Of a DNA stretch of 64,000 nt, positions 19,805-28,448 are shown piece after piece. The DNA comes from an uncultured Candidatus Poseidoniales archaeon (GTDB lineage Archaea > Thermoplasmatota > Poseidoniia > Poseidoniales > Thalassarchaeaceae). Position 1 is the first letter of the stretch. Every line of letters begins with the position of its first letter. Both the position numbers and the translations under genes were made by a program. The stretch lies in contig CAWVXH010000002.1 in the NCBI GenBank assembly GCA_963934165.1, forward strand, positions 38,650-102,649, given 5' to 3'. The notes under the pieces are model-generated. The model was not told the DNA's origin and did no database searches. It saw only the letters and a list, made by a program, of their open reading frames with translations.

Positions 19805-19862
19805 AGTGAGCCGGTCGACCGGCGACTCCTGTTTAATTTCGCCGGTTTGAAGAATTACTTCT

Positions 19863-20216
19863 TCACAGGCTCAAAGGCAAAACAGTTTTCCAACTTGGTT
19901 GTGCTAATTTCTTTGATTTAGGACCGTCACGAGGATTTGCAGTCCCGTGTATGAGGGTGCCATGCATCCCTTCAACACTGAATTTAATTCGTAGTTCGAC
20001 CATCCTGTCGCGCTCTGCAATTTGCATCATCTCCTCATCGAGTTCGAAAGATGTTGCATTATCTTCAACTCCGTTGTTCTTGATGCTTAGGACATTTCCA
20101 TCGATCTCTGCCCTAGGAGAAAAATCATAGTCGGTTGGGTCGCCCATCAATACCTTGACATCCGCAATCAACCGATCGCGAATAGAGACCTTGGTTATCT
20201 CCATCGACTTGACCAT
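19863..20216 (-). CDS. Hypothetical protein
   Basis: Clean ORF filling the gap between the PKD gene and the tRNA. Likely start MVKSME at 20216; the ORF track starts at 20273. Confidence 0.65.
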   Translation of the reverse strand: MVKSMEITKVSIRDRLIADVKVLMGDPTDYDFSPRAEIDGNVLSIKNNGVEDNATSFELDEEMMQIAERDRMVELRIKFSVEGMHGTLIHGTANPRDGPKSKKLAQPSWKTVLPLSL

Positions 20217-20269
20217 GATGCTGCCACCGAGAACGACTTGAAAGCCCTTCGCACCAAAGCCGATGTTAC

Positions 20270-21466
20270 TCAAATTCCAATCTCACTTACTCGTGGAACA
20301 AGAATGATGTATTCAATAACCAATTTCCAATCATTACCACCATCTGGATCGACGCCATCTACTGGAAAGTCAGGGTCACATTGGTCGGCTGTGACTGTCC
20401 AAATCCAAGTTCCTTGACCAAAGCGCTGTCCAGCTTGATTCAACAAATCACCAGTCAACCACTCATCTGAGTCAGCCTGAGTGGAATATCCGCTTTCGGG
20501 GCGGTCATTCATCTCACTTCTTTCAATTGACGAAGTTGCATTTTCAGTGATATTATCGTGAGTTGTAGAAGAAAATGTATTCCATCCAGTCATCGGAACG
20601 CTCAGAGATAGTGTGAAATTATCTTCGGGCCACATTATCGGTAGAATATCTCGGGCGAGAGTAAGGGTTGCATTGACTTGAATCATCCTTGCGCCAGCCC
20701 CTGGTTCGTGTTCAAATTGGATGGAATCTCCTTGATTGAGATATCCTGAACGCTCGATTGTGACATGTTGTTCTTCCCAAACGATATGGAAATTACGAGT
20801 GATTACCTTCACCGTCCAAATCTCTGTCGAAACCCCTCCTTTGTCGTCGACAACGGTTAACTTGCCCGTGCGGTTGCCTGATTCAAAGATATCAAGAGAG
20901 GTTATCGAAGTGGTTGCATCTGCGTCGTTCTGGAAATCTCCGTCGCCGTTTGAATCCGCTCCTATGTTGAAATCCCAAATGAATTCAAGTGGGCCACCTT
21001 CAGGATCGAACGAATCCGTGGCGTCGAGCGTTGCAGATTCACCGGTTCTGACATAAGATGGCGATTCAATGAGAATTGTAGGAGGGGAATTCACAAAAAT
21101 CGTAATGGTAGCATGGTCTTGTTCACCTCTATCATTGACTACGACAACTTCTACATCGTGATTTCCAGCTGTTAGGAAAATGTGACTAACTATGCCCGTT
21201 TTTGTGGTGCGAGTGCCGCCATCATCGAAATCCCAGAGGAAATCCTTGATGATGGTGGGGTCTGGAGAAGAGGAATCTCGAGCATCGAAGTTTACAGTAC
21301 CACCTACATTTACTTCGTTTAGGTCGGCTGAAATATCTGCCCGAGGAATTGTGGCCGATAAACCGGTACATCCAGCCACTGAGACGAGTATCAACATTGC
21401 ACCGATGCCGAGTGTCATCGTCTGCGAGGTGCCCATCAATCCAGTTCTGCGTGATGTTGCCCTCAT
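20270..21466 (-). CDS. PKD-domain lipoprotein
   Basis: Lipobox-like SVAGC; two PKD-type repeats (FDARDSSSPD...WDFDDG; LDATDSFDPEG...WDF...LTVVDDKG). Confidence 0.85.
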   Translation of the reverse strand: MRATSRRTGLMGTSQTMTLGIGAMLILVSVAGCTGLSATIPRADISADLNEVNVGGTVNFDARDSSSPDPTIIKDFLWDFDDGGTRTTKTGIVSHIFLTAGNHDVEVVVVNDRGEQDHATITIFVNSPPTILIESPSYVRTGESATLDATDSFDPEGGPLEFIWDFNIGADSNGDGDFQNDADATTSITSLDIFESGNRTGKLTVVDDKGGVSTEIWTVKVITRNFHIVWEEQHVTIERSGYLNQGDSIQFEHEPGAGARMIQVNATLTLARDILPIMWPEDNFTLSLSVPMTGWNTFSSTTHDNITENATSSIERSEMNDRPESGYSTQADSDEWLTGDLLNQAGQRFGQGTWIWTVTADQCDPDFPVDGVDPDGGNDWKLVIEYIILVPRVSEIGI

Positions 21467-21536
21467 AGCGATGTTGGGTTATTACAGAATATGAAGAGGG
21501 TTTTTTCAATATTGTAAGGGAACGGGCAAGAAGTTC

Positions 21537-22376
21537 ATGGACAATGCCCACGGCGATACCTTCGTGTCTAGCGGAATGCTCACCGGCTATCGGGTTCTTG
21601 GATTTGATTTGGAAACTACTGGTTTCAATCCACGAAGTGAGCGGATTGTTGAATATGCATTGATTGGAAGCGATTGTGATGGAAGCCATATCCATTTGCA
21701 ATCATTGGTATATCCAGGTAAACGTATTCCCGAGCAAGCAACTCGAGTTCATGGAATTACAAATTCTGATGTGCGCGAATCAGGAGAATTTGCTCGACAT
21801 ATTTTTGATATTGCAAAATTAATGGATGATGCTGTAATCGTTGGACATAACGTCATTCGTTTCGATTGGACTTTTCTCGAAATGGAATGTGTTCGCGCAG
21901 GTGTTGAAACACCAAAACCACGAGCTATTATCGACACATTAGTCCTCGCAAAGCGTTTGCGAATTCCTGGCCGACACACTCTCGGTCATCTTTGTACAAG
22001 ATTTGGAATCGGCTTGGATAATGCTCACCGAGCAAGTGCCGATGCTGGTGCGACTCTACTTCTTCTGTGGGAAATGATGAAGGCAAACCCTCGTTGGTTC
22101 AGAGGGTCTCTAGATGATTTACAAGATTCTTTATCGGGTCAAAAGATAGATGATACCCTTGGGCCTGGACTTGTCGACCTCGAACCAATTCCTGGAACTG
22201 GGGGTAATTTACGTGAAAGTGAAAATGGTATCGTTATTGCCTTTGGCAAATATAAAGGTAGAACCTTACAGGAATTAAAGGTCATTGATCAACGATATTT
22301 AAATTGGTTATTTTCACCTTCAAGTCCAATTCCACAAACGATTTCAAATCAATTACGCGAAGACATTCTCGACTGA
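21537..22376 (+). CDS. DEDDh 3'-5' exonuclease (DnaQ-like) with a C-terminal FGKYKG domain
   Basis: ExoI FDLETTG, ExoII GHNVIRFD, ExoIII AHRASADA; tail FGKYKG...YLNWL. Confidence 0.92.
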   Translation: MDNAHGDTFVSSGMLTGYRVLGFDLETTGFNPRSERIVEYALIGSDCDGSHIHLQSLVYPGKRIPEQATRVHGITNSDVRESGEFARHIFDIAKLMDDAVIVGHNVIRFDWTFLEMECVRAGVETPKPRAIIDTLVLAKRLRIPGRHTLGHLCTRFGIGLDNAHRASADAGATLLLLWEMMKANPRWFRGSLDDLQDSLSGQKIDDTLGPGLVDLEPIPGTGGNLRESENGIVIAFGKYKGRTLQELKVIDQRYLNWLFSPSSPIPQTISNQLREDILD

Positions 22377-23530
22377 TTCTCGCGTTGAGAAAAGAGCAAG
22401 GGCGACCATGGCAATACCTCACTCCAGTCGCCGAGATGGACTATTTTTCCATCGACTCTAGAACTGCCAAGAAAAATCGGACCTTTATATCCAGAATTCA
22501 GTAATTCATTCATCTGAATTTTGGCTTGATCACGAATAATCGCCCCGAATTTATGTTCAGAACGGGCTACTTCACCATCGTGACCGATTGGTGGCATTCT
22601 CTCAAATAATGCAGCACCTGCATCTGAGTCGAATCTTATCACCCGAACCACTTCGTCCCTAAACATCGGTCCTGGAGGCAAAATTCCATCACGCCTTGCA
22701 TTCCACCAAATTGGGCACCAAGCCTTGTACTCGCAAAACCCGCAGGCTTGCTCACTAGGAGTCGCTTCCATTGGCTCATCTGTCGGTCGCATTCCCTCCC
22801 AGGCGATAAGTGCGGCTGGCAACACAGAATCACCATCAGCACGATGAATCGTCTGATTTGCAGAATACCATCCTTCGGCCGAAACTTCAGGATGATCTGG
22901 ATTTATTTCTTTCAATAAATCTCGATAAAATCGTAATTGACGGCTGACCTTCTCATTCAAGTTCACTTTCGGCGGTCTGCCGGTTTTCAAATCCGCAACA
23001 ATCCACCCTCGAGAAATTCCTTCCTTATCGATATCAGCGATCAATAAATCTAGCCTACCCATCAATCGACCACATTCTGAAACCAAAGTTCCTTCGTTTG
23101 CTAAAATTATGGATTGAATTTGCTTCCATTGACCAATCGTCACCTCCGAGAGGCCGATCTCACCGACTGGTGATTTAGAAAATAATATGTTCAAAGCACC
23201 GATTAGTCCATCATGTGCTTTGGTAATCATCTCCGCTTTCCATCTCGGATGACGAGGAGTTTCAAGAAAATTTTTCTTCTCTATCGCCCAATGGCGGTCG
23301 AGAATCGCCTTCGCAGTAGAAGGAAGCCATCCGACTTCGCTTTCGTCTCGGTCGCCCACATCGATATTACAAATATCCTCGACCGAATTATGCACTGCAT
23401 TTCCCATAGCGGCTGGCATGCTTGCCTTACGAGGTAGACGTTGACGTGAAAGCCAATATTTCCTCGGACATTCCTCGTATCTACTCCAAGAAGAAGGTGA
23501 TAATTGATGTGCGATAAATTCCTCAACCAT
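22349..23530 (-). CDS. PD-(D/E)XK RecB/Cas4-like nuclease with predicted 4Fe-4S cysteines
   Basis: LSPSS...CPRKYW, GNAVH, GRLDLL, DLKTG, QLRFY, CGFCEYKAWC. Start at MVEEF follows a GAGGT SD. Confidence 0.87.
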   Translation of the reverse strand: MVEEFIAHQLSPSSWSRYEECPRKYWLSRQRLPRKASMPAAMGNAVHNSVEDICNIDVGDRDESEVGWLPSTAKAILDRHWAIEKKNFLETPRHPRWKAEMITKAHDGLIGALNILFSKSPVGEIGLSEVTIGQWKQIQSIILANEGTLVSECGRLMGRLDLLIADIDKEGISRGWIVADLKTGRPPKVNLNEKVSRQLRFYRDLLKEINPDHPEVSAEGWYSANQTIHRADGDSVLPAALIAWEGMRPTDEPMEATPSEQACGFCEYKAWCPIWWNARRDGILPPGPMFRDEVVRVIRFDSDAGAALFERMPPIGHDGEVARSEHKFGAIIRDQAKIQMNELLNSGYKGPIFLGSSRVDGKIVHLGDWSEVLPWSPLLFSQRENQSRMSSRN

Positions 23531-23612
23531 CTTCAATACCTCATGCTCGCTACGATATAAGGTCCTCTTACAGTCATAACGATTAACACCTTTCACCACT
23601 CACTGTCCTACA

Positions 23613-24419
23613 ATGTCTGAGGCACCCGCGGTTGAAGTCGACCCCGAAATCGATGTTTCTGGTGCGCTAATCGTATGTTGTTTTCCTTCACTTGGCTTCG
23701 TTAGCAGTATCGTAGCGCATTATTTAGTTGAAAAATTAGAATTGAAATTGGTCGGCGGAGTACGCCATCCCTCTCTTCCGCCGGTCTGTTTGGTTCAGGA
23801 AGGATTGCCCCTACCACCATTGCGATTTTACTCAGGTGAGCCGATTTGTAGTATGAAGGAATGCAATAAAGTAATTTTGATTGCATCGGAAATTCAAATT
23901 TCTTCTAAATTATGTTTACCACTTACCGAAGCCCTGTTGAATTGGTGTAAAACAAATAATACTGGTCCAATGATTATGGTAGATGCCTATGCCCTAGGAA
24001 TTGAACATAAGCACACAATTTTCGATGATGATGATTCAACTGAAACTCTGCTCGGTATCGGTTCGACCACCGCTGCGCACAAGATTTTAACAGATCTTAA
24101 AGTTCCTTTATTGCAACAAGGAGTGGTTGGTGGAATGACTGGAGTTATGATGGGTGAATGTCGACGACGCAATTCGATAGGAATGGCGATTTTAGCTGAA
24201 TCTTCTGGTAAAATCGGAAATGGTGCGATTCCAGATGCAAGAGCTGCTGCGAGAATTATTGAATGTCTAGATGGTTTATTGCCTGCTGTTCATCTCGATC
24301 CTGAACCCTTGTTAGAAGAGGCTCAGAGACTTGAACAACAGATTCGGGACATGATGGCTGCGACTCTGAATCCAGTTGCAGAAGATGCATCTTCGGCACC
24401 TACAACAATGTATGGATAA
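23613..24419 (+). CDS. PAC2-family proteasome assembly chaperone (paralog 2, HbYX tail)
   Basis: FPSLGFVSSI, PPLRFY, GVVGGMTG, PDARAAA; ends M-Y-G. Confidence 0.87.
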   Translation: MSEAPAVEVDPEIDVSGALIVCCFPSLGFVSSIVAHYLVEKLELKLVGGVRHPSLPPVCLVQEGLPLPPLRFYSGEPICSMKECNKVILIASEIQISSKLCLPLTEALLNWCKTNNTGPMIMVDAYALGIEHKHTIFDDDDSTETLLGIGSTTAAHKILTDLKVPLLQQGVVGGMTGVMMGECRRRNSIGMAILAESSGKIGNGAIPDARAAARIIECLDGLLPAVHLDPEPLLEEAQRLEQQIRDMMAATLNPVAEDASSAPTTMYG

Positions 24420-26582
24420 TCAATAGTCGAATAGCGTTGCGCGCTTTTCTTCGTCTTTTTTTGTTGTTTCCGGTTGCGAATTTACATCACTGACTAACAA
24501 ATTGAATTCAACTTCGTTCAATATTCGAACACCTAATCGGGTTGCCTTTTCAAGTTTTGAACCTGCAGATTCGCCAGCGATTAAAACGCTCAATAGACCC
24601 GAAACAGAAGAAACAACTTTGCCACCTTCTGCCTTAATTAACAATGCTATTTCCTTCCTTGGCCGACTCAATGTTCCTGTTATGCAGAATGTTTGGCCGA
24701 AAAAATTTCCCTCAGAGGTGGGGGCCGATTGGTCTGAAATTTCTAGTTGATTTGTCAAATCGACGACTGTTGCTAATCTAATTGCGATTCCATTCAATAA
24801 TTGAGTTGCAACAGTCGTACCTACTCCTTCAATTTCGATTAATTGTGATATCGCAAAATTATGTTTGAATGGTTTACCAGTCTCATCTTCACCGACTTTA
24901 TCATCGCGGGCTTCAACCAACTCAAGAAGAGTTGTGATTGTTCCGACTTTTTCTGCGATACTAACGGCGATTTCTGGGCCTATTCCGGGTAATCCTAATG
25001 CCGATAGGAATCGGCTGAGAGTTAGCGATCTAGTCGCACCTAGTTCATCGATTACCTTCGTTGCAGATCGCTCAGCCATCCGCTCTAATTGGAGTAAATC
25101 TGGGATATTTAGTCGATAGAGATCTGCAAGTGTGTTGACCAATCCTTCAGCGATTAATTGAGCTGCTAATTTTTCGCCGATCCCATCCATCTCAAGTGAG
25201 CGACACCAATATACTATCGAGCGCTCGAGCCTAGATGCACAATCAAGATTTTTACAACGAATAAATGCCCCATCTTCGACTAATTCGAAGGAGCAGGAGG
25301 GACAGATTTTCGGGATAGAAATCTCGGCTATATTTGGTAAAATTCCAATAAATTCGGAGCCATCTGCATGAGAGAGACCGCTAATATCAATAATTTTTGC
25401 TGCGCCGAGGGTTTCAATGATTTTAGGAATTACATCACCTCGTCGAACTATTCTTACCTTATCACCAATTTTTATTCCCAAACGCTCTAATTCACCTGAA
25501 TTATGTAGTGTTACATTCTCGACAGTCACTCCTGAAACCACCACTGGTGCAACACGAGCAACCGGAGTTACCGTTCCTGTTCTGCCGGTTTGCCAATCGA
25601 CATCCATCAACACACTAAATGCTTCTTCTGGCGGGAATTTCCACGCCAATGCCCAACGGGGATGATGTGCGGTTTTACCGAGCAATCCGCGTTTTTCGAG
25701 CTGGTCTAATTTGATGACTATCCCGTCAATCTCCCAATCCGCATCTGCTCGATGTTCAGCCCAATATTTGGTCACATCAATGATTAAGTTTGATGTCGAA
25801 TCATCATCATTTCCTTTGACTACGGTATTTCCAGCAATTTCAATTCCAATCGTAGTAAGCCATTCATTTGCTTCGGAGTCGAAAATATAATTTGGTGGTT
25901 CTGGGCTATCAGGATGACGATATTCATTGCTTGGGAATTGGACATCGTAGGCAAGGAATATCAAATCAGCAGCATCACCTTTTCCTGATTCGATATTTTT
26001 TTGCCGTAGAGAACCAGCTGCTAGATTTCGGGGATTCGGAGCAATTCCAGAATATTTATGTCTAAAAATTGCCAGTGGCATCACGACTTCACCTCGAATA
26101 TGACAATCTCCTTGCCAACTAAGTGATTCGGGAATGTTAGCTATTCGACGAGCGTTGGCAGTCACGTCCTCTCCACGCAAACCACTGCCTCTCGTCGCTG
26201 CCCTGACCAGTCGTCCGCGACGATATTCTAATGAGAGAGCTGAGCCATCAAGTTTTGGTTGACAAACAAATTGCCTACCATGGGCGGTAGTTTGGCCAAC
26301 AAAGTGAGATATCTCATCCGATTCTGTGGCTTTGTCAAGACTACTCATAGGAAAAAGATGGGTGATTTTTTCGGTTCCAGCCGGTGGATCTGACCCGACA
26401 CGATTCAATTGTGGATTTTCTGAATCTAAAGACTTTAATTCATCCCATAATACATCAAATTCAGCATCTGATATTTCCGGAGAGGCTTCGTTGTAATAGA
26501 GGTCTGAATGATAAGAAATTTGCTCGGATAACCATTCGATGAGCGCCCGCTCATCACCTACGTCTGGGCGCTCTCCAACCAT
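24420..26582 (-). CDS. ligA: NAD+-dependent DNA ligase
   Basis: YYNEASPEISDAEFD, PKLDG, TRGSG..GEDVT, NPRNLAAGSLRQ, PRWALAWKF, Zn finger, HhH, BRCT (GSKLEKA). Confidence 0.97.
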   Translation of the reverse strand: MVGERPDVGDERALIEWLSEQISYHSDLYYNEASPEISDAEFDVLWDELKSLDSENPQLNRVGSDPPAGTEKITHLFPMSSLDKATESDEISHFVGQTTAHGRQFVCQPKLDGSALSLEYRRGRLVRAATRGSGLRGEDVTANARRIANIPESLSWQGDCHIRGEVVMPLAIFRHKYSGIAPNPRNLAAGSLRQKNIESGKGDAADLIFLAYDVQFPSNEYRHPDSPEPPNYIFDSEANEWLTTIGIEIAGNTVVKGNDDDSTSNLIIDVTKYWAEHRADADWEIDGIVIKLDQLEKRGLLGKTAHHPRWALAWKFPPEEAFSVLMDVDWQTGRTGTVTPVARVAPVVVSGVTVENVTLHNSGELERLGIKIGDKVRIVRRGDVIPKIIETLGAAKIIDISGLSHADGSEFIGILPNIAEISIPKICPSCSFELVEDGAFIRCKNLDCASRLERSIVYWCRSLEMDGIGEKLAAQLIAEGLVNTLADLYRLNIPDLLQLERMAERSATKVIDELGATRSLTLSRFLSALGLPGIGPEIAVSIAEKVGTITTLLELVEARDDKVGEDETGKPFKHNFAISQLIEIEGVGTTVATQLLNGIAIRLATVVDLTNQLEISDQSAPTSEGNFFGQTFCITGTLSRPRKEIALLIKAEGGKVVSSVSGLLSVLIAGESAGSKLEKATRLGVRILNEVEFNLLVSDVNSQPETTKKDEEKRATLFDY

Positions 26583-26670
26583 GTACTTCGAGGCGGGTTA
26601 AGTGCCTAAAACCCTCTCTTTACTCTACTTTCTTAATGAGTGAATGATTGTTATCACTAGTCTTCATTGT

Positions 26671-26748
26671 TGGTGGGCCAGCCAGGATTTGAACCTGGGT
26701 CTCGCGACCCCCAGCCGCGAAGTATAGGCCAAGCTAACCTACAGGCCC
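26671..26748 (-). tRNA. tRNA-Pro(GGG), CCA encoded
   Basis: Acceptor stem GGGCCTG/CTGGCCC (U6.U67 mismatch), anticodon arm CGCGG-CTGGGGG-TCGCG, T arm CCAGG-TTCAAAT-CCTGG, 3' ACCA. Usual position after rpoN. Confidence 0.93.
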
Positions 26749-26754
26749 TTTGGG

Positions 26755-26776
26755 TAATCCTAACGAATTAGGATTA
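26755..26776 (-). other. Perfect 9-bp hairpin with a UUCG loop between rpoN and tRNA-Pro
   Basis: Minus strand TAATCCTAA-TTCG-TTAGGATTA. Confidence 0.7.
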
Positions 26777-26798
26777 GGTCAAAGCACTAACTGACGAT

Positions 26799-27005
26799 TT
26801 ATGTCTCGCGAGAGATACTGAACGGGGCAACCTCGTCGATTAGATCGACGTGGCCAACGAACATTCTTCGGCAGCAATATCGCTCGATTTCGAGTTTATC
26901 CAAAACGATTTGAGCATCCTCTCCAAGAGCGATAGATTCTTTGTATTCACTATACTTCTGAGCAATGACTTTGCCACAGCTCCAACATCTAACTGGAATC
27001 AACAT
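26799..27005 (-). CDS. rpoN: DNA-directed RNA polymerase subunit N (Rpo10)
   Basis: MLIPVRCWSCGK...RYCCRRM. Confidence 0.97.
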   Translation of the reverse strand: MLIPVRCWSCGKVIAQKYSEYKESIALGEDAQIVLDKLEIERYCCRRMFVGHVDLIDEVAPFSISRET

Positions 27006-27016
27006 TTCTCTTCACC

Positions 27017-27460
27017 TCACCTATACGACTTCTGCCACTTCTTCCGAGCGCCGCGACCCATTTGGTGCTTCGCTTCCTTTCGGCGTGGATCGTTAACTAG
27101 TAAACTACGGTCGAACCGTAGATATTCATCTCGAAGTTCTTCATCAATACCCTCAGCACCGCCGTTATAATGGACTAATCCGCGGGCGATTGCTGTACGA
27201 ATCGCATCGACTTGTCCCATCTGGCCACCGCCTTCTACATTGACGATAACGTCAACATCAGCTAAGCGGTTCATACCTTCAGCAATTTGAACCGGCTCAA
27301 GCGCCTTACGACGAGCAAGGCTTGGCTCCATGATGTAAATTGGTTGGCTATTAACACGAACACGGCCTTGTCCTTTTCGGACGGTTGCTCGAGCGATCGC
27401 AGTCTTCCTCTTTCCACTGGTATTTACAGCGGTTTTCCTCTGCTTCTTTGCCATATTCAT
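27017..27460 (-). CDS. rps9: 30S ribosomal protein uS9
   Basis: [46 protein letters not shown] overlap with the rpl13 stop. Confidence 0.97.
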   Translation of the reverse strand: MNMAKKQRKTAVNTSGKRKTAIARATVRKGQGRVRVNSQPIYIMEPSLARRKALEPVQIAEGMNRLADVDVIVNVEGGGQMGQVDAIRTAIARGLVHYNGGAEGIDEELRDEYLRFDRSLLVNDPRRKEAKHQMGRGARKKWQKSYR

Positions 27461-27942
27461 TGACCTCCCCAACGTGTTGCATCCACACCGAGTGAGGATG
27501 AAATTTCGCCCAATCGAACGAACTTCAATGGTAGTGGGCGATTTAGATGAGTTGTGTCTCCCCATGCGTGGCCGTCAGGCAATTCCTCTCCAGAGAGGTT
27601 TGCTGGCTGACCGATAAGTACACGAAGGTCCCTTACTGCATTTCGACCACTGCTATTCTTCTGATACGGCAGCATTCCACGGACAGTGCGCTTCATGATT
27701 TGGTCAGGCATTCTTGGGAAGAACGGCCCCTTACGAGGATGGTTCAACTTGTACTTGAAATCGTAATCTGCGAAAACCGTCGTTTTGGGTCCCGAAACGA
27801 TTGCGTGTTCTGCGTTCACAACGATAACTCGCAGTGGGCTTCCAGCCTTTCGCGCGGAAAGTAATTCCTTTGCAACATGGCTAGCCAATCTACCGAGAAC
27901 CTTGTCGGTTGCATCGTAAACAAGTGTTCCAGCTTCAGCCAA
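27457..27942 (-). CDS. rpl13: 50S ribosomal protein uL13
   Basis: [37 protein letters not shown]. Confidence 0.97.
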   Translation of the reverse strand: MAEAGTLVYDATDKVLGRLASHVAKELLSARKAGSPLRVIVVNAEHAIVSGPKTTVFADYDFKYKLNHPRKGPFFPRMPDQIMKRTVRGMLPYQKNSSGRNAVRDLRVLIGQPANLSGEELPDGHAWGDTTHLNRPLPLKFVRLGEISSSLGVDATRWGGQ

Positions 27943-28300
27943 GGATTCTCACCCCCGAGCCTTCTGGGTTTTCGTTCATCAATTCACGGATCGTGATTAC
28001 ACGCCCGCCTGCTTCTTCAATTTTAGAGCGGGCTCCAGAACTGACACTGTAGGCGGCGACGTTAGGCTTTCCAACCACATCACCGCTACCGAGCAACTTG
28101 CCTGGCACGAGGACTGTGTCCTCTTGCGCAGCATAGCGCGATAGACGGCTGAGGTTTGGTTCAGCCCAGTTGCTGCGACTGGCTTCCAATCGCATAGCAA
28201 CGTCTCGCCATAGTGCAGAACCGGTAGACCTGCTCTGTGCTCTCAAATCACCGATTAAGGCGATAAGGGCAGCGTTGGTCTTTCTCGTATTCTTTATCAT
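27935..28300 (-). CDS. rpl18e: 50S ribosomal protein eL18
   Basis: KTNAAL, LWRDVA, NLSRLSR, VPGKLLGSG, KIEEAGG. Confidence 0.96.
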   Translation of the reverse strand: MIKNTRKTNAALIALIGDLRAQSRSTGSALWRDVAMRLEASRSNWAEPNLSRLSRYAAQEDTVLVPGKLLGSGDVVGKPNVAAYSVSSGARSKIEEAGGRVITIRELMNENPEGSGVRILG

Positions 28301-28448
28301 AATGACTCCCTCGACGTTTCTTGGGTATCGCGGCCACCTGCCTACCTGTTATGAATGCTACTACCACCCCTAAGGGGTGTTTCGACATGCTGCGGACATG
28401 TGAGGGTTGTAGCCCAAATAATTGGGCGTGCAATTCCTACGTCCGGCC

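Noticed and set aside
19727..19921. 64-aa plus-strand ORF MADPPRFEHG...
   Set aside because: Antisense reading of tRNA-Arg(GCG).
22349..23530. CRISPR-Cas locus suggested by the Cas4-like gene
   Set aside because: No repeat-spacer array, cas1 or cas2 anywhere in the window.
19508..26748. Integrated element at a tRNA 3' end
   Set aside because: No integrase and no duplicated tRNA 3' fragment; the flanking genes are housekeeping.
28301..28448. 5S rRNA or tRNA-Leu upstream of rpl18e
   Set aside because: No cloverleaf or T-loop and no conserved 5S motifs; kept only as an unexplained hairpin.
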